Of a DNA stretch of 64,000 nucleotides, positions 1 to 13,099 are shown piece by piece; position 1 is the first letter of the stretch; each line of letters begins with the position of its first letter. The stretch spans positions 356,500,001 through 356,564,000 of the forward strand of contig OZ024743.1 of assembly GCA_964016885.1 (NCBI GenBank), given 5' to 3'. The stretch is from Eledone cirrhosa. Its lineage: Eukaryota. The position numbers were made by a program, and so were the translations under genes. The notes under the pieces are model-generated. The model had not been told where the DNA came from and made no database searches. It worked only from the letters and a program-made list of their open reading frames with translations.

Positions 1-175
1 CCATGCAATGTGCCTTTTTCTAGCAGCCAAACCTATCATGTTAAAGCACCCTATTAACTCAGTTTGTAATTAGTTTTAGAATAAGGTAATGGATAAAAAA
101 AAAAGGGACTGATGGCGTATTTAAGGAGTATTTGTTGTTAACCTTCTGATCGCTCCCAATCTAGCTGATTTATAA

Positions 176-410
176 CCAGGAGTATTGCTGCTGTGACCAA
201 CAGATGTCCAGTCTCCTCTAATCCTGAGCAAACTACAGAGCCAAGGTATTGCTGCTGTGACCAACAGATCTCCTATCTCCTCAATCCTGAGCAGACCTAT
301 GAGCCAAAGTATTGCTGCTATGACCAACAGACATCCTACCTCCTCAATCCTGAGCAGACATTTGAGCCAAACTATTGCTGCTATGACCAACAGATGTCCT
401 ATCTCCTCAT
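176..410. repeat. 63-bp tandem repeat, about 3.7 copies
   Basis: Unit core 'gtattgctgctgtgaccaacag...aatcctgagca' recurs at 182, 246, 309, 372 (spacing 63-64 bp). Confidence 0.9.
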
Positions 411-2428
411 TTGTAGTACTTAATGGTACATTATTTAAAGAAAGATATTTGTGTAATTTGAGGGTTGGATACTATTTCTAACAATTTAAGTGCCTGCATA
501 GAGGCCCCCTTGTTATCTCCAGTTCTCTTGTGAGATTACAAGGCAACCTCACCACTGTCAGTGCCAATATAAAATGCATGTAGTACATTCTGTAATGTGA
601 CTTTTTTTACGAAGGGCATTTAGATATGGAAACCATGTCAGAAATTAAACTTATGAGTAAAACGTTGTCCTCTAATCCTTCAAGGAGAACAGTAACTCTA
701 AATAAGAACTGACCAAGACCGTAACAATCCATCCAACCTATGCTAACATGGAAAGCAAACATAAAATAATGATAATGATAAATGCTGCAGGTGTATTAGA
801 GAAAAATTTTCAATGATGCATTTTTGAATTTTGTTAAAGCTGCATAACTGTTTTAACCCTTCCATTGCCATATTTCTAACAAATTACACAAGTGTTTTTC
901 GATCAACTTGGAGAATAATTAATAATTTCAAAGTATTTAATTGAAAAAATGTATTCATTATAATTAAGCTGATGTTAGGAACATAACAAAATGTCCGTAG
1001 ATAAAATTATGATGCAACAGTATAACAGGTATTCTAAAATAATTTTTCTCCTCTAAAACAGGGCCTAGCCTTGTGGTGTCCCATGACTGGTTTCTTATTA
1101 TGGGGTCATTCTGAAGCAAGGTTTACAGTTGGATGCTCTCCCTAGTGCCAACCCTTTAAGTTGCCTCATATGACATGCTGGGATGTAGTCTACATAGTCT
1201 AAACCGGATAAAATTATGAAGGAAAATTTAAATTTAAATATTTTAAATAAAAGATATAGGACCAGAGGCAGTGTTAAGCAGATCGATCTTGAATTTGATC
1301 TCATTACAAGTTAGCCAGCAAGCCTGCAGTCCTTTCACTTGTCTACTTAGATATTTTTACTGCTGTGAAAGCAAGTTCTATGCAATACAATAATGAAAAT
1401 GTAAATAAATGCTACCAAAAAGATATATTTAAAAACTTCTGAAATACTCACTTATGAAGAGATCATGAACAAAAGGATTAAAAAAATGAATGAAAAAGAC
1501 TGAAAAAATAAATTTCAAAGTAATAATAAATTTGACAAAGATTTCTTATAACAAACCGTCTTAGACATACACACCAACCACTTTTTGTTATTGTTTTTTT
1601 ACAAGAGAATCTACCATTTTTGTGGATGTCTTTTTTTCTGTTGATTTAGATATTATATTTTTACTTTTTTATTCATTTATTGAGTAGGGTATATTTTTTA
1701 AAATAAATTTTCCAGTTATAAGAATAGTTGAACCTCTAACCTATCAGACCAAATGTCAGTCATAGTGAGAAAGCAACAAGGAAAATGAATGCATGAGTGT
1801 GTATACATGTGTGTGCGTGTGCACATATATGTGGGTGTGTGTGTATGAATATTTCTATAGATAGGAGTGTGTGTATGTGTTATGCATATGTGTGCATACA
1901 TTATGTGTGTATGTGTGGCTGTGTATATATACATGTGTGCATTACTGTATGTGTGTATATGATGCAGGGTGACGAGAGAGAGGGGAAATGGTGTAGGGGA
2001 AGATCAGAAAGAGAGCAAAAATGCCACTAGAGTGAACCATCATAAAAAAATTCATATAAATTTTTAAAAAAAGAAAGGAAAAAAACCCAGAAGAGTGTGA
2101 CATATTTATGCCGCTGGTAGAAATTCATTTTATTGGATATCCACTTGACTAGAAACACTCCGAGATATGGACTACTGCATAGTTATGTGGATTTGTTAGA
2201 GGATGGTGGGGGCAGGGCAAAGGGGAAGAAGGTATGTGTTGTATGTGTGTGTGTGTGCGTGCAGAGGTGAGTGTGAGCATGGGTGTGAGTGTGTTTTGTT
2301 TTAGGCTGAGCTTTGGTGATGTTTTTAGTTTTGTAGTTTTTTTTTTGTTTTTTTTTGTATTGTTTTCTACTTTGCTTCTTCTTTAACTTGTTGTATTTGA
2401 ACGACAGAGATATCACAATAGAGCCTAG

Positions 2429-2534
2429 CTAATTGGTTATCTCGTTACATTCAAACAGGCTAAACTGATTAGCCTTTTCTGCTTCATTTGGTGCCGCCCT
2501 GCCTCGTGTATGTGTAGGTGACAGCAACCAACTA
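2429..2534 (-). CDS. Candidate 3'-terminal coding exon of an unidentified host gene
   Basis: Minus strand: polypyrimidine tract 'ttttgttttttccttcccttgtcag', then non-repetitive frame SWLLSPTHTRGRAAPNEAEKANQFSLFECNEITN*, then UTR-like sequence. No homology recognised. Confidence 0.25.
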
Positions 2535-3223
2535 CTGACAAGGGAAGGAAAAAACAAAACAAAGAGGGTTTTCAAACCCTGACAGTGGGTTTTTTTTTTT
2601 TTTAAAGTTAATTGGAATTTGATTTTCCTGGTATATATTACTGAATGCATATATTACAAATGCATTTAATAATCTTAATATCAGCACCATTACATTCTTA
2701 ACGTCCTGTATCACGTGAAACCACATTATCAAGCTATTTTTGAAAAGTATAAATCAGTACTATGACTGCATCATATTAAAAATTAAGGTCTTTTTACAAT
2801 GATCTTTATACTGATAAAGATACTATAAGCATTTAATCTAATAAATCACATGAAACTACATTAGCAAGACATTCTTAAAAGTATTAAAAAATTAACTGCA
2901 TTACATTAACCCTTGAGTATTTACATTACTCTGTATATACTATTAAGCTAAAAAAGAAATTATATAGCTAAAAATGTTGTAACAGATGCCCATCATATAC
3001 ATATGAGTGTGTGAGTTTGTGATTTTGCTGCAGATTATGCCACCCTCATTAATAACAGTCTACTATATTATAATCCTAATAGATTATGCGTGGTGTAAAA
3101 AGTTGGTCAAGTTGTGTAAAAAGGATGGTAAGATTGTGTGTGAAAGAGGGAAAGAGTGTTGTGGTGGTAGTGACAGCAGCAAACCATGAAATTCTTTTTC
3201 TCTTAATTTTTTATGAAAAGGGG

Positions 3224-3284
<61 letters not shown>

Positions 3285-3603
3285 ATTAGAAAGAAAGCGA
3301 AAGCGAGTGTTGACAGTACTGGTACTTAATACCCTGGAATGATGAAAGACAAAATTGACCTTCATAGGATTTGAACTGAGAGTGTAAAGAGCCATATCAA
3401 ACACCACAAAAATGTTTCCTATTGCTCTAACAATCCTACCAATTTACTACCTTTTCAATAGTAATAACAATTTCACATTTAAGCACAAGGCCAGTACTTT
3501 TAGGGGGTATAAAAGTCAATTATATTGACCCCAGTAGTTTGAAAGAGTGAAGGGTAAAGTTGGCCTTGGTAGGATTTGAACTTTGAATGTATAGAGTCAT
3601 AAT

Positions 3604-3789
3604 TGTTTCTACTTTAGGCACAAGGCCAGCAATTAACCAGTGCATTACTGGTACTTATTTTATCGACCCCCGTAAGGATGAAAGGCAAAGTCAACCTCGG
3701 CGGGATTTGAACTCAGATCGTAAAGGGACGTAACTATGCTAGAAAGCATGGCGTCCGACCCTCTACTGATACTGCCAATCCACCGCCCT
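3604..3789 (-). mobile_element. tRNA-derived SINE family 1 (Nin-domain-like body), inserted in an older copy of the same family
   Basis: A-box-like 'tggcagtatcagtag', B box 'gagttcaaatcc', body 'cctttcatccttacggggtcgataaaa'; perfect 16-bp TSD tgtatagagtcataat at 3588-3603 and 3790-3805. Confidence 0.9.
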
Positions 3790-3875
3790 TGTATAGAGTC
3801 ATAATGAATACTGTGAAGTATTTGTACCCCAGTATAATGAGTATGTCAATCCATCACTCTCCTTTCAATAATAAT

Positions 3876-4344
3876 GATTTCTTGTATAGGCACAAGGCCA
3901 GTAATTTGGGGACAGGGGAAAGTCGATTAAATCGACCCGAGTACATTACTGGTGCTTTATTTTATCGACCCCATAATTTATTTTTATCGATCCCGTAAGG
4001 ATGAAAGGCAAATTTAACCTCGGCGGGATTTGAACTCAGCATAGGGCCGTAACCCTATGTTGCAAAGCATGGTGTCAGACTCTACTGATACTGCCAATCC
4101 ACCACCCTCCTCCTTTCAATAATAATAGTTTCTTATATAGGCACAAGGCCAGTAATTTGGGGGGAGGGGAAAGTCAATTAAATCGACCCCAGTGCGTGAC
4201 TGGTACTTTATTTTATCGACCCCATAAGGATGAAAGGCAAAGTTAACCTCAGCGGGATTTGAGCTCAGATCATAAAGAGCCGTAACTCTATGCTGCAAAG
4301 CATGGCGTCCGACCCTCTGCCGATACTGCTAATCCACCACCCTC
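3876..4344 (-). mobile_element. Two head-to-tail family 1 SINEs (3876-4109, 4127-4344)
   Basis: Both copies are full length; ctcctttcaataataat occurs at 3859, 4110 and 4345. Confidence 0.9.
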
Positions 4345-4381
4345 CTCCTTTCAATAATAATAATAACAATAATAATAAAAT

Positions 4382-4560
4382 ATACTGACTTGAAGAGCGA
4401 AATTGCAGGAATGTGATCAATACCATCAAACAGCATTGAAATAATTCCAGTTCTTATTGGAGCTTTGAGAAGATATCACTAAACCTGAGAAGATATCTTA
4501 AGCAAATAGATCTCAAATCAGACACTCCTTTGTTAGGCACTGCATATATATATTCAGGTC
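4382..4560 (+). pseudogene. Decayed 3' end of a Dong/R4-like non-LTR retrotransposon ORF
   Basis: Translates YTDLKSEIAGM*S...IEIIPVLIGAL, matching the KY.DL..EI..MW...IPVVIGALG C-terminus of restriction-like-endonuclease LINEs; flanked by (AAT)n. Confidence 0.6.
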
Positions 4561-4914
4561 TAAGGTCCTTGTTAAGACCTGACATGCAGTAGAAGATCCA
4601 GTAATTATCATATTTACTCTACAAACCATCCATAATAATAATGATAATAATTGTTTCTACTTTAGGCATAATAATAATAATAATAAACAGCTTGACAATA
4701 GCAATCTGATGTGACAACACCTTGCAATATGGCAGTGAAGAGTGTCAAGGAGAAATTATCCTAGTCACAGAAGACCATCAAAACGAAACATGCAGCATGA
4801 TTGATGATATGTCATGTATCATTGGCATGAACATTAATCAGAGTCAGAGAAACAATTGAGATATAAAGAATTTCACATACAACTGCTAGCTACATACAAG
4901 GTGGCTCATCAATT

Positions 4915-6190
4915 TAACTGGTCGGTATTGTTGTTACAATGGACTAACAGATACAATAGGTCTATAGTATTGTTAGAAAGGTGTGGCAGATACAATAAGT
5001 CTATAGTATTGGTGTTACAAAGGAGAGATACTACAGGTCGATAGTATTGGGATTACAAAAAAGTCACAGATACTACAGATCGATACTATTGATGTTACAA
5101 AGAAGTCACAGATACTCTAGATCGGTAATATTGATGTTACAAAGGAGTAAAAGATTCTATAGGTCCTTAGTATTGTTAGAAAGGAGTGACAGATATAATA
5201 TCGTATTTACTTGAATGTAAGCCGATCCTAATATAAGCCAACATTCCTATTTAATGCCTGAGAAATGAGCAAAAATCCAAACTCCTTTTATAAGCCAAGG
5301 CAGCTAATCAACACACTATGTTTTGAAAGTCTCATGAGTACAAAAAATATTTATAAAGTTTTAATACTTTGATGTTTAGAATATTTTAAGTGTCATTTAG
5401 AGTATAGTTTTTGGTTCATAATTCCATTATGTAATGCTTTTTTACAAACTCATCTGTTTTATAGTTTCAACTAGTTTATTGAATTTTTGTTTACTTCTGA
5501 CCACTCACATGCTAGGAATACTTTGAAAGCAAGAGATTAAATCAGAGATCATTGTATAGGGATTCATGGAGTAAAAGAAGGTGGGAGAGACAGCAAGGTA
5601 GGAGAGAGGGTAAGAGCAAGAGAAGAAAGAGAGTGAGAGCAATAAAACACAAGTCAGAAGACTTTGACCTTATGTAAAATTGAAAGAAAAAGTATTAGTA
5701 AATCAGAGAAAAATAGTGTGTATGTGTGTGTGCCTGCATGTGCATGTATGCATATGTGTGTGCATATACTTGTATGTATGTGCAGGGTGTATATATGTAT
5801 CAAAATGTTCAAATTATAAAAATTTGTTGTAAATATTTTAAAGGGAATGCATAAATACATTAATGATGATATAGTAAAAAAACAAAAAAAGGAAACTGTT
5901 TCTTTGTAAAATAATCACACCTATTTACATAGAATTCGAAGTTGGTGAAAATCAGCAAAATATTGACCCCGAATATAAGTTGACACTTATTTCACCATTG
6001 ATTTTGTAGTCTCATATTTCTTGGCTTATATACGAGTATATACGGTAAGTCCATAGTGTCAGTACAATGGAGTATCAGATACTGTAGGTCTATAAAATTG
6101 TTACAAAGAAGTGACGGATATAATAGTATTATGAAGGAGTAACACATATATTTCTATAGTATTGTTATAATAGCCACAGAGTATAAGGGA
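4915..6190. repeat. About 40-bp degenerate minisatellite interrupted by a MITE
   Basis: Units like 'agatactacaggtcgatagtattgatgttacaaaggagtcac' at 4915-5200, resuming at 6048-6190. Confidence 0.8.
5201..6045. mobile_element. Non-autonomous Tc1/mariner-pogo-type DNA transposon
   Basis: Imperfect TIRs tcgtatttacttgaatgtaagccga / ttggcttatatacgagtatatacgg, TA on both sides. Confidence 0.75.
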
Positions 6191-6192
6191 GT

Positions 6193-8838
6193 CATCATCA
6201 TCATCATCATCACCGTTTTACGTCCGTTCTTCCACGCTAGCATGGGTTAGACGGGTTGTCCTGTTGTGGGCAGTGTCTGGTCGGCTGACCATGCCTTGCT
6301 CATACAGGAACTGATCTGGCTTGATTTCTACAGCTGGATGCCCTTCCTAACACCAACCTCATTTACAGTGAGTGCTGGGTGCTTTTTCGTGGCGCCTACA
6401 CGTCCACTTTACAGTGTGGGCTGGGTGCTTTTTTGCCGTGGCACCTCCACGGCCACCTTGCGGTGGAGGGGGGGGGGGGGGGGGGGCATATTGTTTATAT
6501 GCTTCAGCATGTACCCATGGGAGGTCGGGTACCCTGTATTACTGCGTGACGCCAGAAGTCACGGTCGTGTGTCATTGACTTTGAGAGGTGTAGTTGGGTA
6601 AGGTCGGCTTTTATCACCTCATCCCAAGTCATCTTGGGTCTCCCCACTCCGCGGTTTCCATCAACTTCTAGTGCTCTGCACCTTTTTATGCAGCTGTCAT
6701 CCTTCATACGCATCACATGTCCATACCAGCGTAACCGCCTCTCCTGCACGCAGCATTTGATTCCTCTTATGCTCAGTCTCTCTCTCAATTCCTTTATGCT
6801 TTGTCGTTCACGTATATTACTGTTACACATCCATCGGAGCATGCAGGCTTCGTTTCTCTCTAATCTACGTAAGTCTTCCACCTTCAGCGCCCAGGTCTCA
6901 CTACCATGCAACATCGCTGTTCGGATACACGCATCATACAGTCTGCCTTTCATTCTGAGGGAGAAGCCTTTTGCAGCTAGCAGTGGTAGTAGTTCCCTAA
7001 ACTTCTTCCATCCCGTTCTTACCCTAGTTATTGTACTTTCTGAGCACCCACCTCCGTTGCTAATTCGGTCACCTAGGTAGCAGAAGCTGTCTACTGTTTC
7101 TACAGGGCCCTCCCAGAGATTGGTGGTACTTGTTTCCTGTGGCTGTTTGCTTGCTGTTTCAGCACAGCTGCTGCATGTGAATCCTACATTCTTAATTAAG
7201 CTTCCTGAGATCCCGCTACATCTCTTGTGTACCCATTGTTTGCATTTGGGGCAGAGAATGGAGTTTCTACCTACACCTTTCCTACATACTGAGCAAGGCC
7301 ATTTCCCTGAGGGGATCTGGGTTCTGTTTTCTCGTCTACTTACAAGGACCTTAGTCTTTGTCATGTTGACTTTGAGGCCCTTTCTCTCTAGTCCCTGCTT
7401 CCAGGTTTGGAATTTATTCTCTAGTTCTACCATAGATTCAGCTATGAGTGCGAGGTCATCAGCATACAGGAGTTCCCATGGGCATCCGGTCTTAAACTCC
7501 TCCGTTATTGCCTGCAGGACTATGATGAACAGGAGAGGGCTAAGAACAGAGCCCTGGTGGACCCCAACCTGTACGCTAAATTCCTCGCTATACTCATTGC
7601 CAATCCTAACTTTGCTGACTGCTCCCCTATACATGGCTTGTACCGCTTTCACAAGCCATTCATCTACTCCTAGTTTTCTAAGAGCCCACCAGATTACTGC
7701 ACGTGGAACTCTGTCAAAGGCTTTCTCAAGGTCGACAAATGCCAAGTAGAGTGGCTTACTTTTAGCTAGGTACTTTTCCTGTAATTGCCTCACAAGGAAG
7801 AGGGCATCAGTGGTGCCTTTCCCTGGTACAAACCCAAATTGCATCTCGTCTATATTCACCCGGTCCCTAATCAGCTGTGCTATAACTCTTTCTGTTACTT
7901 TCATGACCTGGTCCATCAACTTTATACCTCTATAGTTTCCTCTATCTAGTGCATCGCCTTTACCTTTGTAGCAGTTGACAATGATGCTACTGCACCAATC
8001 TTTTGGTATGGCCCCCTCTAGTATTACCTGGTTAACGATACGTGTGGTTATAGTGTGACCTACAGACCCAGATGCCTTCAGCATCTCGGCAGCTATACCC
8101 GATGGACCGGTTGCCTTCCCTATCTTCATATCTCTGATTGCCTTACTTACTACGCTGCCGCTGACTTGTACTGCTGGTCCCTCTATAGGGTCTACGTGGG
8201 GTAGGGTCTCTTCTTCCCATGCATTCTCCTCATTTAGTAATCTATCATAATGACTCTTCCATGCATCTTTCTTCTCAGCACTTGTGAGGGCAAGCTCACC
8301 TTTATCATTCCGGATACACTTCTCTCCAATGACATCACAACTATCTCTGACACACTGCCTCGCAATCTTGAATACCTCCTGTTTCTGGTCCTCACGTTGT
8401 AAAACATGCTTGAATTTTCTATCCTCTGCTTCCCTCCTAGCTAAGTATACTTGTCGCCTAGCTTCCCTCTTGGTCTCTATGTAATGTACCCTGCTCCCCC
8501 CGTTCTTCCATTCTTTCCATGCCTGTCTCTTGGCCTTGACTGCTTCATCTACCTTATTGTTCCACCACCAAGTCACTCTCCTCCTGCTTGAGGTCTTACT
8601 CCAGCCACAAACCTCATCCGTCGCCTCTAGTAAGTTATTTTTTAGGAACTCCCAGTTCTCTTCTACGTTAAATGTCTCTATCTGTTCTTCTTTACTGTCG
8701 TAGGCGTTGAGTAAAATATCTTTAAATCTGTTACTGGTTGAGGGGACTTTCAGCTTCCAGATCTTTCTTCTCCAGGTTGGCCTCTGTTTCAGGGCTCGTC
8801 TAGTTCTGACCGTGAGGTCGCTGACAACTAAGCTATGT
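6193..8838 (-). mobile_element. RTE-clade LINE family A, young 5'-truncated copy
   Basis: Open RT frame, 3'UTR ending in (GAT)n; possible short TSD ggagt (6188-6192 / 8840-8844); nearly identical to 14168-16926. Confidence 0.95.
6504..8838 (-). CDS. RTE-A reverse transcriptase ORF (N-terminally truncated) with internal C4HC3 zinc finger
   Basis: Motifs NYRGI, QFGF, FVDLEKAFD, GVHQGSVLSP, YADD, FCYLG, RRLRWYGHV; no stops over about 780 codons. Confidence 0.9.
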
Positions 8839-9676
8839 CGGAGTAATGAAAACAAAACAATAAATTAATAACATATAGGACTAGAAAACAAGCATCTTAC
8901 CAAGGTATCCCTCAAATCAAGAACTGCATAAAAGTATTTCTCCTGAGAAGTGATCACATACTTATAAAGATTCTATGCAAAGAGAATAAAAAAGAGAAAT
9001 ATATGAATATTTTATTTATGTATACATATAAACATATATTTTATATATATAGTAAGTCGGGACAACACAAAAGTTAGATACAAGTATAATAGCATGTATA
9101 TATGTATATACATGTACTGGTGGTGTTGTGAAAACACAATTAACACAGGTTAAGACAAATTGTGTAGTGAAAATATAGCTTAATTATTATTATTATTTTT
9201 ATTTTTTTTTTAGTAAAATCCTACCATGCTTCCATTGGGTGGTTTTCTGCTCGCATATTGATATTATACGCAAATATATATGCATGTAGATATAATACAT
9301 AAAATAAAATCGTAATTGAGAATAAGCACAGAAATCGAAGAGAGACTGTGTTACACTCTCTTCTGTATTCAGTAAAGTAATCCATGATACATTTAAAAAA
9401 GACGATATTATATATAAACTGCATTACGGTGAAATGTAATGAAAACGAAAGAGAAAATTACCGACAGAAATATAAACGTTATGATATAACGATGCAAATA
9501 AATGAATGTTTATATAAGCGATGTGATATAGCATACGTTATATCATAACCAGAATTATTGACATTTAAAAATTTTAAAAGTGAATCTTAAGATAAGCAAT
9601 CATTATATATAAGAATATTTATGTTTAATCAACAGCTACAAAATTTAGTACATAAATTATGTAATATTGATTCATT

Positions 9677-9971
9677 TTGACTTTGCCTTTCATCCTTACA
9701 GGGTCGATAAAATAAAGTACCAGTAATGAACTGGATAATTGCTGGCCTTGTGCCTAAAGTAGAAACAATTATTTATTCAAAGAGGGCGGTGGATTGGCAG
9801 TATCAGTAGAGTGTCAGACGCCATGCTTTGACGCATAGAGTTACGGCCCTTGCCATTCTGAGTTCAAATCCCGCCGAGGTTAACTTTGCCTTTCATCCTT
9901 ACAGGGTTGATAAAAATAAGGTACCAGTAATGCACTGGTGAATTGCTGGCCTTGTGCCAATAGTAGAAACA
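9677..9971 (+). mobile_element. Family 1 SINEs: 3' fragment (9677-9767) plus full copy (9783-9971)
   Basis: Full copy flanked by attatttattcaaag at 9768-9782 and 9972-9986. Confidence 0.85.
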
Positions 9972-10457
9972 ATTATTTATTCAAAGTAATCCAACTTATT
10001 TTACTAACAGGATAAAAAAATATATTCAGGACACTCCTTCCTTTATTATATTATGATAGTATTACAGCATTAATTTTCATTAGTTTCACAGCAAATATAT
10101 AAATGAGTAATTCCTTTTTATACTACATAAAATCATACTAGCAAGACATTGTTGAAAAGTTATAAAAAGCTGCATAACATTAAAATATGCAGTTGTTATA
10201 CAAATTATTACAATTTTTCATGGTGCTCTGTCAAGTAGTAAATTTACTATAAACATTTGAATTAACAAACACGTTTTTTAGATATTTTCTGCTAAAATGT
10301 TAAGAGATAGGTAATAACTATTTTTACTTTCAAAATTAGCATCTATTTCATTATAAGCACATTACCTATGGAACATAACTTGATGTTACCTGCAGTGATA
10401 AAAGTATATTTACAACATTACCTGTCATATGATGGGTCACACTCTAGTAATAATAAT

Positions 10458-10880
10458 TGTTTCTACTTTTGGCACAAGGCCAGCAATTATCCCAGTGTAT
10501 TACTGGTACTTTATTTTATCGACCCCGTAAGGATGAAAGGCAAAGTTAACTTCGGTGGGATTTGAACTCGGTCCGTGAAGGGACGTAACTGTGCTGCAAA
10601 GCATGGCGTCCGACCCTCTACCGATACTGCCAATCCACCGCCCTAGTAATAATAATGGCTTCTAATTTAAGCACAAGGCTAGAAATTTAGGGGAGATTGA
10701 GAAAGTGGTTTAAAATCAACTCCAATCCTTAACTGGTACATATTTTATTGAGCTTGGAAAGATGAAAGGCAAGGTTAACTTTCCCAAAATGTGAAATCAG
10801 GATGTTGTAGACCTATAACTAAATACTATGAAACATTTTGTCTGGAGTTCTAACAATTCAGTCAATCTACCACCCATCAC
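10458..10880 (-). mobile_element. Family 1 SINE (10458-10642) next to an older decayed copy
   Basis: TSD ctagtaataataat at 10444-10457 and 10643-10656. Confidence 0.85.
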
Positions 10881-10910
10881 TCTAGTATTAATAATAATAA
10901 TAATAATAAA

Positions 10911-11285
10911 GAATGACAAAGCAATCATACTCTTGGATATGCCAACGCACGCAGACAAGAAGATTGAAGCCAGCGACGAGATATTACATTCAAAGACCAA
11001 AAAGAACATTTTTTTTTTTTCCTAATTGATTCATCTATTCTCACAGACAACAATATATCTATCAAGGAAATGGAGAAATTATCATTATATAAAGATCTGG
11101 AGATAGAAATAAAACAAATGTGGATGATGGAAACAGAAACAATCCCTGTAATAATAGATGCTCAGGGAATGATGAAAAACATAGATACACAAATAAACCA
11201 TAGGAATAACAAATATATACAATAAAAAGAAATAGCACAACTAGGCACAGTACACATATTACAAAGAGTACTCTCAATACAATAG
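10911..11285 (+). pseudogene. Decayed Dong/R4-like LINE C-terminal endonuclease region
   Basis: NDKAIILLDMPTHADKKIEA ... NNISIKEMEKLSLYKDLEIEIKQMWMMETETIPVII ... LGTVHILQRVLS*; begins after (AAT)n. Confidence 0.75.
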
Positions 11286-11339
11286 AAATAACACATAAAA
11301 CAACACTGCCGTGACAATATTCAATAAAAATAGGTCTAA

Positions 11340-11751
11340 TAATGGTTTCTGATTTAGGCACAAGACCAGTAATTTGGGTGGGGCAAGTAGATTAAATCGA
11401 CCCCAATGCGTGACTTGTACTTTATGTTATCGACTCTGTAAGGATGAAAGGCCAAGCTTACCTCGCCGAGATTTGAACTCAGAACGCAAAGGTCTGTAAC
11501 ACTATGCTGCATAGCATGGTGTCCGACGTTCTACCAATTCTGCAAATCAACTGCTCTTAATAATTGTTTCTACTTTTGGCACAAGGCCAGCAATTACCCC
11601 AGTGCATTACTGGTACTTTATTTTATCTACCCCGTAAGGATGAAAGGCAAAGTTAACCTCGGCGGGATTTCAACTCAGAATGGAAAGGGCCGTAACTCTA
11701 TGCGTCAAAGCATGGTGTCCAACCCTCTACCGACACTGCCAATCCACCGCC
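11340..11751 (-). mobile_element. Two adjacent family 1 SINEs
   Basis: Both show tail 'gtttct...ggcacaag', core 'aggatgaaagg' and B box. Confidence 0.85.
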
Positions 11752-11777
11752 ATACCCGCACTTAATAATAGTAATAT

Positions 11778-11938
11778 TAAAGTTGTGGACAATGAAGAAA
11801 GTCGAACCTATTCCCATTGTTGTAGGTGCTTTAGTCAGTATAAGTACTGAACTTCCTAAGAAGATAAAGAAGATTGAAGTCAATTTGAAGATTGAACACA
11901 TACAAAAAATAGAACACCTTTGGACTTTTCAGATACTC
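11778..11938 (+). pseudogene. Dong/R4-like LINE C-terminal fragment
   Basis: LWTMKKVEPIPIVVGALVSISTELPKKIKKIEVNLKIEHIQK. Confidence 0.65.
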
Positions 11939-11943
11939 CACAG

Positions 11944-12461
11944 CAGAGGTCGCCACTGGGCCGCAGAGCGGTACTGGTCCATGAATCATTTGCTACTGGG
12001 CCACCAAGAAATAATCAACTTGTTTAAAATTATATAATTGATGAATTGAATATTGAACTTTAATTTAAAACGATCTGTTTAAATATTCAATATTCATCTA
12101 CTTTAACCCTTTAGCATGTAAAACAACTGAATCCAACCATTATTCTCTCATCTCTTTCTGCTCAAGCTGGCTGTAACCGGCTGCTCATAATTATGTTATG
12201 GTATTGTTCTTAAAATAAATAATATCAAAATTTCATGAATTCAATATTATGCGAGATAATTATGTGAAGTAAAGCCTTTACCATGAAAATATAATAGTAT
12301 ACATAGAGTAATGTAAATGCTAAAGGGTTAATAAACTGCTGTATTTATTATTGCTCTCTTTATTGAAATGCACTTAAGTAACATGTGTGCAACTACTGGT
12401 CATCAGAAAGATTGTCCGGAATGAAACCGGTCTGCGGTTGAAAATGGGTTGGACACCACTG
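11944..12461. mobile_element. hAT-type MITE
   Basis: Ends cagaggtcgcca / tggacaccactg; 8-bp TSD ctccacag / ctccactg. Confidence 0.7.
12107..12327. mobile_element. TTAA-specific (piggyBac-like) MITE nested in the hAT MITE
   Basis: ttaa-ccctttagcat ... atgctaaaggg-ttaa; related inverted copy at 57425-57649. Confidence 0.8.
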
Positions 12462-12571
12462 CTCCACTGAGTCCTTGAATCATGAATGAAATGTTCCACT
12501 TCAGACCACTGTTTGTGTAACAGTTGGTACTTAGTTTCCATCTCTGACAAAGTTGCTGTGATGCAAATAAT

Positions 12572-13026
12572 GGTTTCTTAGATAGGCACAAGGCCAGTAA
12601 TTATGGGGGAGGGGAAAGTCGATTAAATCGACCCCAGTGCGTGACTGGTACTTTATTTTATTTATTTTATAAGGATGAAACTCAAAGTTAGCCTCGGCGG
12701 GATATGAACTCAGATAATAAAGGGCCATAACTCTATACTGCAAAGCATGGCGTCTGACCCTCTACCGATACTGAAAATCCACCACCGTCGCTGTGATACA
12801 AATAATGATTTCTAGTATAGGCACAAGGCCAGTAATTTGGTGAGAGGAGAAAGTCGATTAAATTATCCCCAATATGTTACTGGTACTTTATTTTATCGAC
12901 CCCCATAACGATGAAAGTCAAAGTTAACCTCGGCGGGATTTGAACTCAGATCATAAAAGGACCGTAACTCTATGCTGCAAAGCATGACATCCAACCCTCT
13001 ACCGATACTGCCAATCTACCGCCCTC
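12572..13026 (-). mobile_element. Two head-to-tail family 1 SINEs (12572-12789, 12807-13026)
   Basis: gctgtgat(g/a)caaataat at 12555, 12790 and 13027. Confidence 0.9.
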
Positions 13027-13049
13027 GCTGTGATACAAATAATAACACG

Positions 13050-13099
<50 letters not shown>

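Noticed and set aside
176-410. 21-aa repeat ORFs or a CRISPR-like array
   Set aside because: Plain tandem minisatellite without unique spacers; eukaryotic context
7120-7749. Antisense ORFs recurring in every RTE copy
   Set aside because: Shadows of the RT frame; no independent motifs
9478-9549. 18-bp inverted repeat as a possible ncRNA
   Set aside because: AT-rich, long unstructured loop, no further supporting motif
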